DNA from: a virus
Taxonomy: Duplodnaviria; Heunggongvirae; Uroviricota; Caudoviricetes
Strand: one strand, 5' to 3'
IMG/VR virus record: IMGVR_UViG_3300017987_005500
Length of the DNA: 64,000 nucleotides
The translations under genes and the position numbers were made by a program. The notes beneath the pieces are model-generated. The model made no database searches. It was not told the origin of the DNA and saw only the letters and a program-made list of their open reading frames with translations. Shown piece after piece: positions 29,376 to 39,736 of this stretch (positions within the stretch are counted from its first letter, which is position 1; the number at the start of each line of letters is the position of its first letter).

Positions 29376-29834
29376 ATGAGCGAAATTATAAATATATTTA
29401 ATAATGAATACAGTTTTTTATCGAACTTTTATAAATGTGAATTTGCTATGTTTTCTTCTCATAACCCTCTTGCCGTCCCATATAGATCAGTTGAACATTA
29501 TTATCAAGCAAGTAAAGCAATAAATGCTGAAGAACATTTAAAAATTGTAGCAGCAGAATCTCCAAGTAGAGCTAAAAAACTTGGAAGAAAAGTAAAAGTG
29601 AGAGAGGACTGGGATCAAGTCAAAATAGAAGTTATGATAAAAGGACTTAATGCTAAATTCTCAGATAAAAAATTGAGAACTAAGCTTTTAAATACAGGTG
29701 ATAAAATATTAATTGAAGGAAATTATTGGAGGGATACATATTGGGGAGTTGATTTAAAAACTGGAGAGGGACAAAATGTATTAGGAAATATTTTAATGAA
29801 TCTTAGGGAAACATACAGGAAAAACGATGTATAA
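29376..29834 (+). CDS. NADAR (YbiA-like) family protein
   Basis: FLSNFY, SVEHYYQASK, AKKLGR, W...K..VM, KF, LLNTG...LIE, D.YWG, GQNVLG..LM. Confidence 0.92.
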   Translation: MSEIINIFNNEYSFLSNFYKCEFAMFSSHNPLAVPYRSVEHYYQASKAINAEEHLKIVAAESPSRAKKLGRKVKVREDWDQVKIEVMIKGLNAKFSDKKLRTKLLNTGDKILIEGNYWRDTYWGVDLKTGEGQNVLGNILMNLRETYRKNDV

Positions 29835-30045
29835 TAAATGCCCAAATTGTGACAATGATAACTTCTTCACTACAAAGACTGTATTTCATGATATGACTGT
29901 AACGATCAAAGATGGTAATTTAATAGACGGAGATAATTGGGTTGAATCTAATTTTCAACCAGATGTAGCATATGGTATGTTAGTTTGTACAAAATGTAAA
30001 ACAACTGTTACATTAGATGATTTAATGAGGAAAAATACATTATGA
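29827..30045 (+). CDS. Small zinc-ribbon protein
   Basis: CPNC...CTKC. Confidence 0.55.
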   Translation: MYNKCPNCDNDNFFTTKTVFHDMTVTIKDGNLIDGDNWVESNFQPDVAYGMLVCTKCKTTVTLDDLMRKNTL

Positions 30046-31832
30046 CAAAAGATTATAGCTCAAAAGATATAAGAAGCTTGAGTGATATAGAGCAACTTAA
30101 AATTAATCCAGAAATGTATATAGGACATACTGAACATCCGACTCATCTTATTGAAGAATTATTTGATAATGCATGTGATGAAGCTCAAGGTGGTCATGTC
30201 AATGTGATTGCTATAAATATAAATACTAAACTTCAGACATGTTCTGTATTGGACAATGGAAGAGGAATTCCAATATCTGACAATGTACCAAAAATGATTT
30301 CTACAAAATTATTCTCTGGTGCTAAATTTAGAGATAATAAAACAGCATATGAGATTTCAAGTGGTTTACATGGAATTGGACTTGTTGCTGTAAATGCTCT
30401 AAGTGATAATATGACGATAGAGATATATAGGGGTGGAAGACATGGAATATTTAGATTTGAAAAATCTAGATTTAAAACTAAAAAGATTCATAACACAGAA
30501 CCTGGATTTGAAGCACCCTATTCAACAAAAATAGAATTTAAAGCTGATGCAAATATATTTGACAAAATATTACCTGATATTGATAGACTCAGACTTCGTT
30601 TAATTACCGCTTCAGTTCAAATGCCAAATATTATATTTGTGTTGAATATAGATAATGAGAGAGAATTATTCAAATTAAATTTGAAAGATTATTATGATAA
30701 ATACGTTTTAGATGGAACAAACGGTGAAATAATTCCTCGCTTATCCTTTAACTCCAGAAATGGAGTAGAGAAATTTAATATTTTAATGTCATATTCAGGT
30801 AAGGGTAATATATCCTCAGTTGTGGCATCATCTGTGAACTTGCTTCCATGTACATCGGGAGGAAGTCATGTCAATCTCTTTAATGAGATATTGAGAGATG
30901 TATTTGTAGCAAAAGGCAAAAAGCTAGGATATAACTTTCAACCAAATGATTGTTTAGTTGGATTAAGAGCTTATTTAATGTTGAGTCTTAGAGAAGTACA
31001 TTTTTCTGCTCAGATAAAAGATAAGCTTACAAATAAGAAAGCATATTTTGATAAATTGGCAATTCAATTGAGAACACAAATTGAAGCTTATTTTAATTCC
31101 AATCAAGATATATTAGAAACACTTCTTGAACATTTTCAATCTTATAGACAGAGGTTGGATTATAAGAAATTGAAAGTTTCAAATAATGGCAAAAGAGCAT
31201 TTACAAAATTCACAAAACTTAGAGATTGTACAACAAGTATGGGAGAATTATTTATATGTGAGGGTGACTCTGCTGGGGGCGGGTTAATTGCATGTAGGAA
31301 TCCTAAACGACATGCTATATTTCCTTTAAAGGGTAAAATCCCATGTGCTGCAACAACTGCTGACATATTGAAAAATAAAGAGATAAGTGAATTAATGAAA
31401 GCAATTGGGACAGGTGTTGGTAATGACTTTGATTTAAGTAGACTTCGTTATGAGAAAATAATAATATTTACGGATGCTGATGCTGATGGAGATCATATAG
31501 CTGCTTTATTGATTTTAGCATTTGCATTAATTGTGCCTGATATCATCAAACAAGGTCATTTATATTGGGGTAAATCTCCATTATATGCAATTAATGAAAA
31601 GAAGATATTTCAACCATTATGGACTGATGAAGAAATATCAAAAGCGAAAAGCGAAAACCGAAAAATTACTCGGTGTAAAGGTTTGGGTGAATTTAATCCA
31701 GATCAACTAGAAACCTTTTCAACGAATGAAAAGACGCGCAATTTAATTCAAGTTGACTTTTCTCAAGACTTGGATAAAATTGTAAAACTATTTACAGATG
31801 TTGAACACAAAAGAATGTTATTAGCGGGGTAA
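30042..31832 (+). CDS. gyrB: Type IIA topoisomerase subunit B (GyrB/ParE-like)
   Basis: EELFDNACDE, DNGRGIP, SGLHGIG..VNALS, EGDSA, PLKGK, DADADGDHI, KGLGE. Confidence 0.93.
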   Translation: MTKDYSSKDIRSLSDIEQLKINPEMYIGHTEHPTHLIEELFDNACDEAQGGHVNVIAININTKLQTCSVLDNGRGIPISDNVPKMISTKLFSGAKFRDNKTAYEISSGLHGIGLVAVNALSDNMTIEIYRGGRHGIFRFEKSRFKTKKIHNTEPGFEAPYSTKIEFKADANIFDKILPDIDRLRLRLITASVQMPNIIFVLNIDNERELFKLNLKDYYDKYVLDGTNGEIIPRLSFNSRNGVEKFNILMSYSGKGNISSVVASSVNLLPCTSGGSHVNLFNEILRDVFVAKGKKLGYNFQPNDCLVGLRAYLMLSLREVHFSAQIKDKLTNKKAYFDKLAIQLRTQIEAYFNSNQDILETLLEHFQSYRQRLDYKKLKVSNNGKRAFTKFTKLRDCTTSMGELFICEGDSAGGGLIACRNPKRHAIFPLKGKIPCAATTADILKNKEISELMKAIGTGVGNDFDLSRLRYEKIIIFTDADADGDHIAALLILAFALIVPDIIKQGHLYWGKSPLYAINEKKIFQPLWTDEEISKAKSENRKITRCKGLGEFNPDQLETFSTNEKTRNLIQVDFSQDLDKIVKLFTDVEHKRMLLAG

Positions 31833-31836
31833 AATT

Positions 31837-32067
31837 ATGCACATTATTCTATCTAATGGAGCAGAGGAGACTACAGTACACGATTTTGTTGAGAAATTGA
31901 AAGACGCTGAAAAAATCAACAAAGATATGACAGCTAATGCTTATATTGAAAGGATTAAACCATTTGAAATGGTTATGTTTATTGTTGATGCAATGGCAAA
32001 TGTGGTAATCTTCAGAAGGTTGTCAAGAGCAGAGGAATTTGATGAAGTTGTATTCATGGAGATTTAA
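31837..32067 (+). CDS. Hypothetical protein between the topoisomerase subunits
   Basis: 76-aa ORF that fills the gap. Confidence 0.5.
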   Translation: MHIILSNGAEETTVHDFVEKLKDAEKINKDMTANAYIERIKPFEMVMFIVDAMANVVIFRRLSRAEEFDEVVFMEI

Positions 32068-32072
32068 ATTTT

Positions 32073-33383
32073 ATGGATAAATTAATACCAGAGATGTACA
32101 GAACATATGGGAGATATGTAAATGAATTTAGATCTTTCCCATTAAAAGACGATGGTTGCAAACCTGTTGAAAGGAGAGTTCTTCTTTCAGCATTTGAGAT
32201 TGCAAGAGAAAAATATGTAAAGTCAGCAAGAATAGACGGACATTGTATTGGACATTATCATCCACATGGCACAAGTTATGGAACAATTACACAATTGGTT
32301 AAACAAGGTTTTCTTGATCCTCAAGGAAACTTTGGACATAACTTAGGAGTTGAACCATCTCCAGCAGCTGCAATGAGATATACTGAAGCAAAGTTATCAA
32401 AATTTGCAATGAGTAATTCTTTCAGATTGATAAATTATGTTGAAAGACAGGAATCTGAATTAGACGAAGAACCTATTTTTCTTCCATCAATGTTCCCAGT
32501 ATGTTTATTGGGAAGAGATTATACACAAGGAATTGGATTTGGATATCGTACTTATATTCCATGTTATAAATTGAAAGATTTACATCAACGACTATTATGG
32601 TTACTTAAAGCAATTGATACAGAACCTATAATCAAACCAGTATCTTCTTCAACGATTATATCCTCAGACGAAGACCTTAAACAATTACTGACTACAGGAA
32701 AAGCTGCAATTAAGACTCAGGGTATAATTGAAGAATTTAGAAATAGTTGTAAGGTTATTGTAAAGTCTTGGCCAGAAGGCAAAAGATTTAATTCAATATT
32801 ATCAAAATTTTCAAAGGAATTGGATAATGGTGATATTGGTTTTGCTGATTTATCAAATGCTGCTTCAGGAAATAATATTCAATTCCAAGTATTGAAGCAA
32901 AGAAATAGAGATAAAATATATCTCAATTTTGTAAAGAAATTGAAAGCTGCCCTTAAAGGAAGTATATCATTTGAGATAATGATATCTACTTTAAATGGGC
33001 AGGTTGAGTTATGTTCAGTTGATGAATTTTTGCTACATTGTTATAAGAATTTCTCAGAAGTTACTAAGGTAATGTTGAACTCTGAATATTCAAAAAATGA
33101 AGAGAAAATTCAAGAGAATTTAGATTTATCAAAATTAAGAGAACCATTAAGATCCTTTTTATCAAATAGAGATAAAGAACCACTTGATGAATCATATAAA
33201 CGATTGAGTGAAGAATCAACTTTATCTGTTGAAAGAGTTAAAGATTTGATGAGAAGGCATCGTCTTAATAAACTTATAACAATGGATTTCGACGTCACAA
33301 AACTCTATGAAACTAAAACAGAGATTGAAGAACATTTAAATAAATTAAATGAATTTGTTTTGGATCAATATGAGGGATTATAA
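32073..33383 (+). CDS. gyrA: Type IIA topoisomerase subunit A lacking the C-terminal pinwheel (T4 gp52-like size)
   Basis: DGCKPVERRVL, YHPHG, QGNFG, catalytic AAMRYTE, EP..LP; only 436 aa. Confidence 0.92.
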   Translation: MDKLIPEMYRTYGRYVNEFRSFPLKDDGCKPVERRVLLSAFEIAREKYVKSARIDGHCIGHYHPHGTSYGTITQLVKQGFLDPQGNFGHNLGVEPSPAAAMRYTEAKLSKFAMSNSFRLINYVERQESELDEEPIFLPSMFPVCLLGRDYTQGIGFGYRTYIPCYKLKDLHQRLLWLLKAIDTEPIIKPVSSSTIISSDEDLKQLLTTGKAAIKTQGIIEEFRNSCKVIVKSWPEGKRFNSILSKFSKELDNGDIGFADLSNAASGNNIQFQVLKQRNRDKIYLNFVKKLKAALKGSISFEIMISTLNGQVELCSVDEFLLHCYKNFSEVTKVMLNSEYSKNEEKIQENLDLSKLREPLRSFLSNRDKEPLDESYKRLSEESTLSVERVKDLMRRHRLNKLITMDFDVTKLYETKTEIEEHLNKLNEFVLDQYEGL

Positions 33384-33595
33384 TGGAAACTAAATTTGTA
33401 AAAGCAACTGAATTAAAAAATAATCTTGGATTGTATTTAGATGAAGTTGAGACAAAGGTTATTGTTATAAGAAAACATGAAAGAGATAAAGCTGTATTGA
33501 TGTCCCATTCAAAGTATTTAGAGCTTCGCAGATATGCAGATAAATATTTAGCTCAAGACTTTGAAGAAATGAAGAATATGGGTAAGAGATCATGA
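33383..33595 (+). CDS. Orphan Phd/YefM-family antitoxin-like protein
   Basis: V.ATELKNNLG.YLDEV...IVI.KH....AVLMS...Y.EL. Confidence 0.8.
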   Translation: METKFVKATELKNNLGLYLDEVETKVIVIRKHERDKAVLMSHSKYLELRRYADKYLAQDFEEMKNMGKRS

Positions 33596-33969
33596 AATAT
33601 TATGATGGAAAATGTGAAATATGTAAGGGAGAAAGAAATGTAAGAGAGACTATTACTATCAGTACAATATGTCCAAATTGTAAAGGACATGGTGAAACAT
33701 ATTGGATTGATGAAATCATTAAACCAACCATACATCAAGGCATGCTTCATGATATTTGTCATAGAAATATTGACTTTCTTATAGAACTTATAAAACAAGA
33801 AGGAAAAAAGGTAGGAGAAGCACTTGATGTTTCAGTTAGAGAAGTGAGTGCATATGAAACACAAGAAAGAGTATTTAAACAAAAAATGCTTATGGAGCAA
33901 ATGAAACTAAAATCAGATGGATTATCTAAAGAAATTAAAGAACTAGTAACTGAATTTAAGGAGAAATGA
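33592..33969 (+). CDS. Protein with DnaJ-type CxxCxG zinc finger
   Basis: CEICKG..CPNCKGHG. Confidence 0.6.
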   Translation: MKYYDGKCEICKGERNVRETITISTICPNCKGHGETYWIDEIIKPTIHQGMLHDICHRNIDFLIELIKQEGKKVGEALDVSVREVSAYETQERVFKQKMLMEQMKLKSDGLSKEIKELVTEFKEK

Positions 33970-33970
33970 T

Positions 33971-35023
33971 ATGGAAAAATGTCCAGTTTGTGGAAATTTA
34001 TTTAAACAATTACATTCACATTTATCCACATGTTCAGATGAAGAACATGTAAAATATATTAATATAGTATCAGAAAGAATAGACTGGTTTTTATTAAACT
34101 CTACATATTATATGAATGAAATTCCAAAAGTAATTATGGAAAATGATGGATTATATTGTTATTCTTCTTTGGTACATAAGAGAGAGTTAGAAATTTGTCC
34201 AGGAAGAGGTTATAAAGTAATGGGTTTGAGAAGAAGAGGAAATAACAATCCTGTGTTCAAAGATGGAGTCATTGAAAAAATATCAAACACTGTTGCTAAA
34301 AAATGGGAACATGGTGTTTATGAAAATAGACAAAATGGAATGTTAGATAAGAAAGGAGTTGATCACCCTGAATTTAATGTATATACATTTTTAAAATGGA
34401 AATATAAGGAAATATATAATTATTATCATAATGATAATAAATGTTTGATTCATGGTTGTGATAAAGAAGTTGAAAATGTTCATCACATTGATGAAAATCA
34501 TGACAACTTTATGTTGACTAATTTAGAAGGTTATTGTGTATTTCATCATATGGATAGACATTACGCAGCACGAAAGACCCCATATACAGAGATAACTAAA
34601 ATTATTACATTTGATTCATGCCATAATTTATTGAATTATAACGGAAAATGTAGAAACCTTCATGGTCACACATATAAATTGGAGATTACTGTTAGAAATA
34701 GAGTTGATTTACACTCTGGAATGGTAATGGATTTTGGAACTCTTAAAAATATCATCAATAAATATGTAATTGAACCATTGGATCATAAATACTTAAATGA
34801 TGAACTACCTGAATTTAATCCAACTGCTGAAGTAATGTGTGATTGGATTTGGAGACAATTGGAATTTGAAGGAAAACTCAAAGGATTATATGAAGTTAAA
34901 CTATGGGAAACTCCAAACTCTAATGCTTCAGTCAATCAAATGGGAATGTTTTTGTCTCCATTATATGCGATGGCATTATATGATGAATTGACTCAACATT
35001 ATAAATGGGATAATAATGCTTGA
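33971..35023 (+). CDS. queD: Fusion of an N-terminal Zn-finger/HNH endonuclease-like region to a C-terminal QueD (6-carboxytetrahydropterin synthase)
   Basis: N-terminal part: CPVC..H..H and VHHIDENHDNF..TNL...C..HH...H. From about aa 205: F.SCH, KCRNLHGHTY, GMVMDFG.LK, LDHKYLND, PTAE, LWET. Confidence 0.88.
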   Translation: MEKCPVCGNLFKQLHSHLSTCSDEEHVKYINIVSERIDWFLLNSTYYMNEIPKVIMENDGLYCYSSLVHKRELEICPGRGYKVMGLRRRGNNNPVFKDGVIEKISNTVAKKWEHGVYENRQNGMLDKKGVDHPEFNVYTFLKWKYKEIYNYYHNDNKCLIHGCDKEVENVHHIDENHDNFMLTNLEGYCVFHHMDRHYAARKTPYTEITKIITFDSCHNLLNYNGKCRNLHGHTYKLEITVRNRVDLHSGMVMDFGTLKNIINKYVIEPLDHKYLNDELPEFNPTAEVMCDWIWRQLEFEGKLKGLYEVKLWETPNSNASVNQMGMFLSPLYAMALYDELTQHYKWDNNA

Positions 35024-35291
35024 TTTTGAATTATTGCATGATCCCTGCGATGATTGTATCGTGGGGTTCTTATGTAACAAAATATGCGAATTGAAAACAG
35101 ATTATGAAACTACATTTAATTCATATGATTATCAATGCAATTTAAGAGTATATTATGCACATGAAAAAAAATGTAAAGAATTCATAAAAATGTATTTAGA
35201 AGAAGGAATGTCTCCACTACAACAAATGGCAAGGGCGATGAAATCTTATGATAACAGCGAACGAAGCAAGGGAATTGTATTTAAAGAATAA
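35016..35291 (+). CDS. Small Cx2Cx5Cx3C-family protein
   Basis: CDDCIVGFLCNKIC. Confidence 0.55.
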   Translation: MLDFELLHDPCDDCIVGFLCNKICELKTDYETTFNSYDYQCNLRVYYAHEKKCKEFIKMYLEEGMSPLQQMARAMKSYDNSERSKGIVFKE

Positions 35292-35538
35292 TCATTCTAA
35301 CTCAATAGATGATTTTATAACCGTTTTGGATAAAGAGATTAGACATAGATCTGAAAATGGGGAATCATGTTTATATGATGCAACTTATGTACTTGTAAAA
35401 CATGGAATACACATGCCAAATTCAAAGACTCTAAAAAAGGTATGGGCAAGATTGAGTGAGTTAGGTTATATCATTGAATTTATTAAAATTTCCTTAGACG
35501 ATGAACCACAAAGAACTACCACAAAGATAAGTTGGTGA
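35248..35538 (+). CDS. Hypothetical protein
   Basis: Phage-style small ORF (MITANEAR...LGY...ISW). Confidence 0.5.
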   Translation: MITANEARELYLKNNHSNSIDDFITVLDKEIRHRSENGESCLYDATYVLVKHGIHMPNSKTLKKVWARLSELGYIIEFIKISLDDEPQRTTTKISW

Positions 35539-35542
35539 AAAT

Positions 35543-35944
35543 ATGAGACTATTTATACCAGAATTAGGAACGAGGTTAAGACTTATACAACCTTGGTCTT
35601 TTAATCTTTATTGTGAATCAAGGAATGACAGTCTATTGTGGCATTATGAATATTTCAAAAGAAATGAACAAGGTCGTAAATTAGACACAAACTTTAAATA
35701 TAATGACATTGTAGACAAACTTAAATTAGACATTGGATGTATTTTAAAAGTTGACAGAATATATATAAGGAAGGGAGCTAATAAATATAGCTCTGTTACA
35801 TTTCATTTAACTCTTCCTGATGGACGAAAGTCAACAAAACCACTTCAACAATGGCATGCAGATCTTAAACCAAGAAGAATTCCATTGAGATTTTGGGCAA
35901 AGTTAAATGAAGTAAATACAATTGAATGTGAAATCGTGGAGTAA
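35543..35944 (+). CDS. Hypothetical phage protein
   Basis: LFIPELG, W.F.LY.E.RN, LKVDRIYIRKG, RFWAKL; function unknown. Confidence 0.55.
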   Translation: MRLFIPELGTRLRLIQPWSFNLYCESRNDSLLWHYEYFKRNEQGRKLDTNFKYNDIVDKLKLDIGCILKVDRIYIRKGANKYSSVTFHLTLPDGRKSTKPLQQWHADLKPRRIPLRFWAKLNEVNTIECEIVE

Positions 35945-35947
35945 ATT

Positions 35948-36148
35948 ATGAGAGATCTAACTGATGTTTTAGATGAAATTTATTATCAATACGATCTTGG
36001 TTATGAAGATTTTCATGGAGAAGCTCTAAGAAGAGCAATTGAAATTATTAAAGAACATAAAGCAGACGAACCATGGACAGAAGAAAAAGTTAAAAAACGA
36101 CAAGAGGAAACAGAGAAAGAATTACAGAAAGGAATAAATCATGGGTGA
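35948..36148 (+). CDS. Hypothetical protein
   Basis: Small coupled ORF. Confidence 0.45.
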   Translation: MRDLTDVLDEIYYQYDLGYEDFHGEALRRAIEIIKEHKADEPWTEEKVKKRQEETEKELQKGINHG

Positions 36149-36710
36149 AACATTTTTAACTGCAGATCCACATTTAGGCAATCATGGAATAATTGAACAT
36201 TGTAATAGACCTTATAATCAAGTTAGACATATGGACGCTTCATTGATAAGAAATATTAATGAAGTAGCAAAGGAAGACGATGACTTATATATTGCTGGAG
36301 ATTTTTCAATGCATACAAAATCTCATAGAGGAATGTTTGAAGAATGGGCAAGAAAAATTAAATGTAGAAAACATTTGATAATGGGGAATCATGATATTAA
36401 AGATCCTACTTTTTATACTGATATTGGCTTTTGGTCTGTTCATTATCCTTATTTCGAAATTGATGAATTTGTAATTGTACATGATCCAGCTCTCGCACTT
36501 GTTGATAAAAGTAGAATATTTTTATGTGGTCATCTTCATACTTTCTTTAAAACAAAAGCAAATTGTATTAATGTTGGAGTTGATGTTTGGGATTATAAAC
36601 CAATTAGTCTTACTCGAATTAGAAAAATAGTTAAGGATTTTTCTACAATTCATATGATTAATAATCAAAAACAAATCATGCTTCCTGATGATATTATTGA
36701 AAGGAATTGA
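36141..36710 (+). CDS. Calcineurin-like metallophosphoesterase
   Basis: ADPH, GDF, GNHD, GHLH, NVGVD. Confidence 0.88.
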   Translation: MGETFLTADPHLGNHGIIEHCNRPYNQVRHMDASLIRNINEVAKEDDDLYIAGDFSMHTKSHRGMFEEWARKIKCRKHLIMGNHDIKDPTFYTDIGFWSVHYPYFEIDEFVIVHDPALALVDKSRIFLCGHLHTFFKTKANCINVGVDVWDYKPISLTRIRKIVKDFSTIHMINNQKQIMLPDDIIERN

Positions 36711-38136
36711 TGATGATTGAAGGTTGGACACAAATAAATGATGAAGTATTTGAAAGAGTGAAAGCTCCATTAGGTGGGATTTTTAAAGCTCGGATTCATT
36801 GTCTTTATAATCAATTTCAAGAATCTCATAGATACACTGGAATTGTCTCAAATGGGCATTATAATCTATACACTACTCCGACAGTTGGAGATTTTGAAGA
36901 TTGCGCAAAAGATCTTGAAAAATGGTATTTGGATTTCATTGAAACTGAATATAAGGGACTCAAGATGAAAGAAGTAATAAATTTAGAAGTAGACTCTGAT
37001 GAATATAAGAATTTTATACGCAGAGAATATGGAAGGATTGAATATGGGACTTGATTCACCTAATTATATAGTTTATATTCCTAAAGACTTTAATATTTTA
37101 ACCGACGATAACTATGAAAAATTTAAAAGATGTTTTTTAGCATACTATGAGAAAGATGATAGTATGCTTATTAAGCATTTAAATGAAACTGTTAAGACTT
37201 TTGAAAAGTTTAAGGATAATACACCTAAACTTAGATTAACTGACTTTGATGGAAAAGAATATGAATTTTATGCAATTGTTGATTTTTGCTATGAAAATTT
37301 TAATCCAATAACAATAGGACTAACTTATTCATATGTAAGAGAAATGTATAATATTTCAGCATCTGACCCAATGATGGAAACAATTACAAAGGATATATTT
37401 CAAACATTATACGGGAGAATGAAAAGTGACGGAAATTGAAAGAGTAAATTTATCAGTTTATTTTGTAGGTATTGCGAAAGAAGATGTAAATGTTATATAT
37501 TCTAGTCTTCATAAATATTTATCTGAAATGACTCCAAAAGAACAAGAGTTGAAAGACGATGATTATTTTGGTGAACTGGAAGCTGAATTGTTAAAAGTAG
37601 TTGAAGAAGGATTTCTTAATAGTAAAAATAGCAAAGTTGATTTTAGAGATGTTTTGCGAGTACTGAAAGAGTTTGAAATCCATTCAATTATGTGTAGCAT
37701 TGAAGGAAAAGGAACTGCAGATTACGTAATAAATACATTGGTATAAAGGTGAATTATGAGTTCATGGAGAACTACAGTTGGGATTGAAACTCTTGATGTA
37801 TTAGACTTTGAGGAATTCTATAAATTTATAAATGACGTTAAATCTGGGTATGATACATTTGAAGAAATATATTATAATGACAACTATGGAACAATTGAAA
37901 AATTTAAAGAAGAAATAAAAGAAATATATAATTTAGCAATTGATGAAGAATGTTTTACGTCAGATGATTGCTTCATGAATAGAACATTTTGTGGTGAGTT
38001 AGCTAGATATATTAAATCTAAGGGAGGATTTGAAATTTCTGGTGATAGTATTTCCGGATGGGATCCTCAACTCATAATCTTAACTAAAGATAATAAGAAA
38101 TTTATGAAAAAATTCAAAGAGTTTAAAGGAGAATAA
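36707..38136 (+). CDS. Run of four hypothetical proteins (36707-37054, 36999-37439, 37426-37746, 37756-38136)
   Basis: Overlapping or coupled ORFs with no recognised motifs. Confidence 0.45.
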
Positions 38137-39548
38137 TGAATTTTATACAAAGGGGAGGAATTGCGATACCACGACAATATGAAAATGAAATGTGGTATCG
38201 TGAAATAAGGGCGGACTTATTAAGACGATCTCAAAAGTATCAAACAGCTGACTATGAAATTTTAAAATTTTACATTGAATCTCAAAACTTATTAACAATT
38301 CCAAGATTTTATCCTTTGCAAAAGTTCATGAAGCATGAAAAGTTTACCTTCGATGATAGGCGCCACGAAGGCAAACAAATACAGATAGAACATAATATAA
38401 AACCAAGGAACGAATTACAAAAGAGAGCTATGAATTATATGCTTGAAAATGATTCAGGTATATTGGAATTACAACCTGGGACAGGGAAAACTGTAATAAG
38501 TATTTCCATGATAGCTACTCGAAAAAGAAAGACTTTAATATTAGTTCATAGAGACTCTTTAGTTGAACAATGGATTAATAGAATTGAAGAATTTACCAAT
38601 CTCGATAAATCTTCTGTAGCACGATTGTCATCCTCGACATACGAAGAAGATCTTACCCACCCGATTATTATTACCACAAATCAGACTATGATCTCAATAT
38701 TAAAAAGACAGCGAGTTGAATTTTTAACTGCAATTCATAATGCTGAAATTGGGATATTTATTGCTGATGAAGTACATACCACAGTTGGAGCTCCTACTTT
38801 CTCTGAATGCTCAATTCATTTACCATGTAAAGTTGTATTTGGATTAAGTGCAACTCCTTATAGGTGGGATGGTAATGGAGATATTATGGAGTATCATCTT
38901 GGACAAATATTTGCTGAAGAAGATGATGAAGGGACTTTACCTGCTGAAGTTACAGTTATCGGATTGGATTATGAAATTGATCAACCCTCTCGACATGGGT
39001 ATTTATATTGGGGAGGGGATTTCCAAAGGGCAAGATATTTAAATTTAACGAGAAAATCTGAAAATCTTCTTAAAACTTGCGAAAGACTTATTACTAAATT
39101 AAGGAAGACAGATAGACATAGTGTTGTGATGTGTGAAAGGATAAAACTTATTGATGAACTTTATAATAAGTTAGATGATGGAGATTCCTCAATATTCACA
39201 GCAGGACATAAATTAGAAGTATTAAAAAAGAGAACCACATTTACAACTCCAGGAAAAATGAGAGATGGAGTTGATGCTCCTTGGAAAGACTCTTTATTAA
39301 TGACATCTCCCATATCCAATGTTGCTCAAGTATGTGGTCGTGTGACTCGAAGTAAAGATGGAAAACAAAATCCAGTTGTTATTGATTTAGTTGACATTTC
39401 ATGTAAACCAATAAGAAATACAATTCATACAAGACTTAAATATTATGAAAAGAAAGGTTGGAATGTAAGATTTTTCATCTATTCAAAAATCAGAGGATTA
39501 CAAGAAACGATTGAAGAACAATTTGTAGATCTATTGAAGGAATTATAA
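38136..39548 (+). CDS. Superfamily 2 helicase, UvsW/XPB-like
   Basis: Q-motif, PGTGKT, DEVH, SAT, G.D.P, Q..GR..R. Confidence 0.88.
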   Translation: MNFIQRGGIAIPRQYENEMWYREIRADLLRRSQKYQTADYEILKFYIESQNLLTIPRFYPLQKFMKHEKFTFDDRRHEGKQIQIEHNIKPRNELQKRAMNYMLENDSGILELQPGTGKTVISISMIATRKRKTLILVHRDSLVEQWINRIEEFTNLDKSSVARLSSSTYEEDLTHPIIITTNQTMISILKRQRVEFLTAIHNAEIGIFIADEVHTTVGAPTFSECSIHLPCKVVFGLSATPYRWDGNGDIMEYHLGQIFAEEDDEGTLPAEVTVIGLDYEIDQPSRHGYLYWGGDFQRARYLNLTRKSENLLKTCERLITKLRKTDRHSVVMCERIKLIDELYNKLDDGDSSIFTAGHKLEVLKKRTTFTTPGKMRDGVDAPWKDSLLMTSPISNVAQVCGRVTRSKDGKQNPVVIDLVDISCKPIRNTIHTRLKYYEKKGWNVRFFIYSKIRGLQETIEEQFVDLLKEL

Positions 39549-39736
39549 TGACAACCTTTAAATTTTCAGATGAAGAAGATGATCGTAAAATAAATGAAGT
39601 TGATGATCTTGAAAAATTTTATAAAATCGAATTTAAGGTATGTAAGGATTGTATAGTTAGAATGTTATGCAATAAGATATGCGAGTTATGTGAAACTGAA
39701 ATTCAAAATAGGTTTAGGATTAAACAACATGAATGA
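39548..39736 (+). CDS. Small Cx2Cx5Cx3C-family protein
   Basis: CKDCIVRMLCNKICELC. Confidence 0.55.
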   Translation: MTTFKFSDEEDDRKINEVDDLEKFYKIEFKVCKDCIVRMLCNKICELCETEIQNRFRIKQHE

